In this document: piece after piece, positions 47,958 through 50,973 of the stretch
Layout of the letters: the number at the start of each line of letters is the position of its first letter
Numbering within the stretch: the stretch's first letter is position 1
NCBI GenBank assembly: GCA_024635665.1
Contig: JAGXIM010000058.1
Span: forward strand, 1-50,973
DNA length: 50,973 nucleotides
Reading direction: 5' to 3'
Origin: Salinimicrobium sp.
GTDB taxonomy: Bacteria > Bacteroidota > Bacteroidia > Flavobacteriales > Flavobacteriaceae
Translations under genes and position numbers: made by a program
The notes under the pieces: generated by a model
The model's input: only the letters and a program-made list of their open reading frames with translations
The model's database searches: none
What the model was told of the DNA's origin: nothing

Positions 47958-48149
47958 ATGTTTCGATTATTTGAACCACGTTCTGCCTTGGAAAGACTTC
48001 AGGAAAAATATACTTTCTTGATGCGCCGCTCCTTTGAGATCGCTTTGGTGGATAAAGAAAGAAGCGATTTGCTCAATAAGAAGGCCTGCACCATCCTGAA
48101 AGAAATTAAACGCATGGAGACAAATCAGGAAGGTTCCAGCTCTTCGTGA
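47958..48149 (+). CDS. Lacal_2735-like small protein
   Basis: MFRLF...LERLQEKY..LM..SF......SD pattern. Confidence 0.7.
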   Translation: MFRLFEPRSALERLQEKYTFLMRRSFEIALVDKERSDLLNKKACTILKEIKRMETNQEGSSSS

Positions 48150-48928
48150 AGCTTCCTGAAGTAGTCAAAGGCCAAAATTAACCGACTCCCGTACCAACTA
48201 AAATATTCCCCGTCCACGATGTGGACTGCTGCTTTTTTAACTTCTTTCTGAAAATTTTTTTTATGCTTTTCCCTGAACGGAAAAGGCTCTGTCGATAACA
48301 AAACAAGATCTACGTCATTTTCCTGCAACATTTCCAAAGTCACTTCGGGATATCTGGAAGCCTCTTCAGAAAAGGCATTTTTGAACTTGTTTACCTGCAA
48401 AAGGTGATCAATAAAGGTATCTTTCCCGGCCACCATATATGGATCTTCCCAAATAAAATAAGCCACTTTTCGGGTGGGCCTATTTAAAATAGATTTCTCA
48501 AAAGCCGCACTTTGGGCAAGGATTTCAGTAGTTATTTCTGAGGCTTTCGCCTTCGTTCCAAAGATCTCGCCATACTCCTCAATCAATTCCACGGCACCAT
48601 CAATTGAAACAACATCAGAAACATGTACTGGGGCTATCTTTTCGAGGTCCTGCACCATTTGCAGGGTGTTTTCTTCTTTATTGCAGAGGATAATATCTGG
48701 CTGGAGCTGGTTAATCCGGTCAAGATGCACTTCTTTCGTGCCGCCCACCACCGTTTTCTCTTTTCTAAGCCCTTCGGGATGTACGCAGAATTTGGTGATG
48801 CCAAGAAGTTGGTCTTTAAGCCCCAGATCCACTAAAAGTTCGGTTTGGCTGGGCACCAGGGAAACGATCCGCTCAGGCGGTCCATCAAGGGTTAATTCCC
48901 TATTTAACTGATCAAAAAAAGTCTTCAT
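48125..48928 (-). CDS. Helical-backbone metal receptor (BtuF-like substrate-binding protein)
   Basis: PERIVSLVPSQTELL, GITKFCVHP, VGGTK and VDGEYFSWYGSR motifs; start moved to MKTFFDQ; no signal peptide seen. Confidence 0.85.
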   Translation of the reverse strand: MKTFFDQLNRELTLDGPPERIVSLVPSQTELLVDLGLKDQLLGITKFCVHPEGLRKEKTVVGGTKEVHLDRINQLQPDIILCNKEENTLQMVQDLEKIAPVHVSDVVSIDGAVELIEEYGEIFGTKAKASEITTEILAQSAAFEKSILNRPTRKVAYFIWEDPYMVAGKDTFIDHLLQVNKFKNAFSEEASRYPEVTLEMLQENDVDLVLLSTEPFPFREKHKKNFQKEVKKAAVHIVDGEYFSWYGSRLILAFDYFRKLHEELEPS

Positions 48929-49004
48929 AAATGCCCTTTTTGAATAGGTAGGAAAAAGATTTCTTCCGGCTCGTTTGAGCCAAAAATAAAGAATAAATTG
49001 GGCT

Positions 49005-49814
49005 TTATAAAAAATTCGCCATTTCCTGCTGCAATTCTTCCGCTTTTTTGGCAGCGGCCTGCGCAAAGTCCTCTCCTCCCGAAGCGTACAGCACCCCACG
49101 CGAAGAATTTACAAGCAGTCCCACATTTTGGTTCATTCCATAGGCACAAACTTCCTGCAGACTCCCGCCCTGGGCACCAACACCGGGTACCAAAAGAAAA
49201 CTTTCCGGAACAAGCTTCCTGATTTCCCTCAGGAATTCTGCTTTGGTAGCTCCCACAACATACATCAAATTTTGTCCGTTTTTCCAAGTTTTTGAGCTCC
49301 GAATCACCTTTTTATACAATTCTTCCCCTTCCATCTTCTCAGTCTGGAAATCGTAGGCGCCAGGGTTAGATGTCAAAGCCAGTAAAATCGTGTGCTTATC
49401 CTCATAGGCCAAAAATGGTTCTACAGAATCCCTGCCCATGTAAGGCGCCACGGTGAGTGAATCAAAATTAAGGTCTTCAAAAAAGGCTTTTGCATACATC
49501 CCCGAAGTATTCCCAATGTCGCCTCTTTTGGCATCGGCAATAGTGAAGATGTCAGGATAATTTGTATTAAGATAATCAATGGTTTTTCCCAGCGCCTTTA
49601 GCCCTTCAATGCCATAAGCTTCGTAAAAAGCGAGATTGGGCTTGTAAGCTACCGCAAAAGTATGCGTCGCGTCAATAATTGATTTATTAAAGGTAAAAAT
49701 AGGATCTTCCTCCTTTAATAGGTGCTTGGGAATTTTGTCCAGATCCACATCGAGGCCAACACACAAAAAGGACTTTTTGAGACGAATTTGCGCTACAAGT
49801 TCTGAAGTATTCAT
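49005..49814 (-). CDS. pyrF: Orotidine-5'-phosphate decarboxylase
   Basis: [34 protein letters not shown] and NSSR motifs. Confidence 0.98.
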   Translation of the reverse strand: MNTSELVAQIRLKKSFLCVGLDVDLDKIPKHLLKEEDPIFTFNKSIIDATHTFAVAYKPNLAFYEAYGIEGLKALGKTIDYLNTNYPDIFTIADAKRGDIGNTSGMYAKAFFEDLNFDSLTVAPYMGRDSVEPFLAYEDKHTILLALTSNPGAYDFQTEKMEGEELYKKVIRSSKTWKNGQNLMYVVGATKAEFLREIRKLVPESFLLVPGVGAQGGSLQEVCAYGMNQNVGLLVNSSRGVLYASGGEDFAQAAAKKAEELQQEMANFL

Positions 49815-49823
49815 GCCCAGGTT

Positions 49824-50540
49824 TTAGAGGTATTTGTATTCAGCTATTTGCCATTCATACATTTCTTCAAATTCAGAAAGTGACTTTGGTTGAATATTAA
49901 TTTCGGTAATTTCAGTCTCCACTTTTTCTATAGATATATTGCCTGTCTCTGAAATTATTTTTCCTCTCTTAAAGTCATACTTCTCATTTTCAAAATTTCC
50001 ACTTGCTGAATGTACTCCGTTGCTTTCTGCATATAATATTTCCATTCGGCCATTTTTGTACTGAAAAGTGTATGACTGATTTGAGCGGGTATACTGGTAA
50101 AAAATGTTCAATAATCCATCTTTAATCGATAACTCAGGTTCTATATAATATGCCATTCCACCTTCGTCTCCACGTGCAATAAATTTATTATTCTGAATAA
50201 CTACCTCCTGGCTTCCATCCTGATTAAGAAAAATAAGGATGATTCTAGGTTTGTTTTTCGACAAATGACAGTTGGAACATCTTTTTTCATGAACACTATC
50301 TTTTGACTCAAGGATTAGACCGACATCAGTCCGTCCGTCTGTGTTCAAGTCACCCAATGATTTTTGTAAAACATTCCAGTCCGGATCACTCTCAACGGAT
50401 TGTAAATTCTGTCCGATAAAATCTGGATAAATAAACTCGGAATTTTGAGAAAACCCAGAAAGAGATAAAACCAATAATAATATGGTTACCAACAGGTTTT
50501 TTCTTTTTCTATATGCTTTTAGGTCTCTGCTTACAGCCAT
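49824..50540 (-). CDS. Secreted hypothetical protein with a GDLNxDGxxD (FG-GAP-like) motif
   Basis: Signal peptide RKRKNLLVTILLLVLSLSGFS-Q and GDLNTDGRTD; AT-rich; start uncertain. Confidence 0.65.
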   Translation of the reverse strand: MAVSRDLKAYRKRKNLLVTILLLVLSLSGFSQNSEFIYPDFIGQNLQSVESDPDWNVLQKSLGDLNTDGRTDVGLILESKDSVHEKRCSNCHLSKNKPRIILIFLNQDGSQEVVIQNNKFIARGDEGGMAYYIEPELSIKDGLLNIFYQYTRSNQSYTFQYKNGRMEILYAESNGVHSASGNFENEKYDFKRGKIISETGNISIEKVETEITEINIQPKSLSEFEEMYEWQIAEYKYL

Positions 50541-50725
50541 TTCAAATTCCCTCTTTTTGCTTGTCTGAGACCTAACGACATAGCTATTATAATTAAAACA
50601 CCAGAAAATATGCGCAACCAAAACCCCAAATCGCAATTTTTAAAATCTGCATAGATTAATTCGGCAATGATTAATAAAACACTTAGGATTATAATTATTT
50701 TCCTAAAAGTATTCTTCCTGATCAT
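50531..50725 (-). CDS. Small two-TM hypothetical protein
   Basis: 64 aa with two hydrophobic helices, starting 25 bp after the prfA stop. Confidence 0.5.
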   Translation of the reverse strand: MIRKNTFRKIIIILSVLLIIAELIYADFKNCDLGFWLRIFSGVLIIIAMSLGLRQAKRGNLKWL

Positions 50726-50750
50726 TGTTGTTTTTTAAACTAACTGCCCC

Positions 50751-50973
50751 CTAGAAAATATCTGAATTCTCTTTTAATTTCTCTGTGTTTTCCACCAGCT
50801 CCAGTTCATCGATAATCTTTTGAATGTCACCATTTATGATATTGGAAAGATCATAAAGTGTCAAGCCAATTCGGTGGTCGGTCACCCGGCCCTGCGCATA
50901 GTTGTAGGTCCTGATTTTGGCACTCCGGTCCCCGCTGGAAACCATAGAATTCCGCTTGGCGGCATCGGCTTCC
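50751..50973 (-). CDS. prfA: Peptide chain release factor 1, 3' part (truncated by the window edge)
   Basis: [22 protein letters not shown] motif. Confidence 0.95.
   Translation of the reverse strand, partial: EADAAKRNSMVSSGDRSAKIRTYNYAQGRVTDHRIGLTLYDLSNIINGDIQKIIDELELVENTEKLKENSDIF

Noticed and set aside
45857-49004. Cobalamin riboswitch upstream of icmF or the BtuF-like gene
   Set aside because: The upstream regions are short, and no B12-box or GGGAA...GCCACTG pattern was seen.
48929-49099. N-terminal extensions given by the ORF track (also at 13354-13407, 30392-30442, 35090-35179, 50541-50636)
   Set aside because: They overlap neighbouring genes or promoters. Downstream ATGs give family-typical N-termini or signal peptides.
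1-50973. CRISPR arrays, tRNA/rRNA genes, IS transposases, prophage or defence genes
   Set aside because: None recognised by eye; a dedicated scan (tRNAscan, CRISPR finder, DefenseFinder) would be needed to exclude them formally.

Overview
Core chromosomal segment of a Flavobacteriaceae (Bacteroidota) genome. Gene content and TAnnTTTG promoters point to a marine Salinimicrobium/Salegentibacter/Gramella-like organism; this is an inference. About 56 protein genes, mostly housekeeping: secA, meaB, ohr, dnaJ-grpE, mnmD, ilvE, crcB, icmF, purU, pyrF and the 3' end of prfA. I saw no rRNA, tRNA, CRISPR array, transposase, integrase or prophage gene. The most notable items are: (1) a compact candidate sRNA after dnaJ, with its own -7 box, a 5' hairpin, a U-rich seed complementary to A-rich ATG-AAA-AAG start regions, and a GNRA terminator; (2) an epimerase/GT2/LAB_N/ArnT/PAP2 cluster that looks like a lipid A phosphate-to-uronic-acid remodelling pathway; (3) an apparently autoregulated ECF sigma/anti-sigma operon with a secreted protein carrying 11-mer amphipathic repeats; (4) split LigD phosphoesterase and polymerase genes with no Ku or ligase nearby; (5) a sigma54 activator lacking an HTH, plus a sigma54-like promoter before grpE-dnaJ; (6) an internally deleted ferritin-like gene next to a perfect 21-bp inverted repeat. 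All family calls come from reading motifs by eye; no database searches were run.
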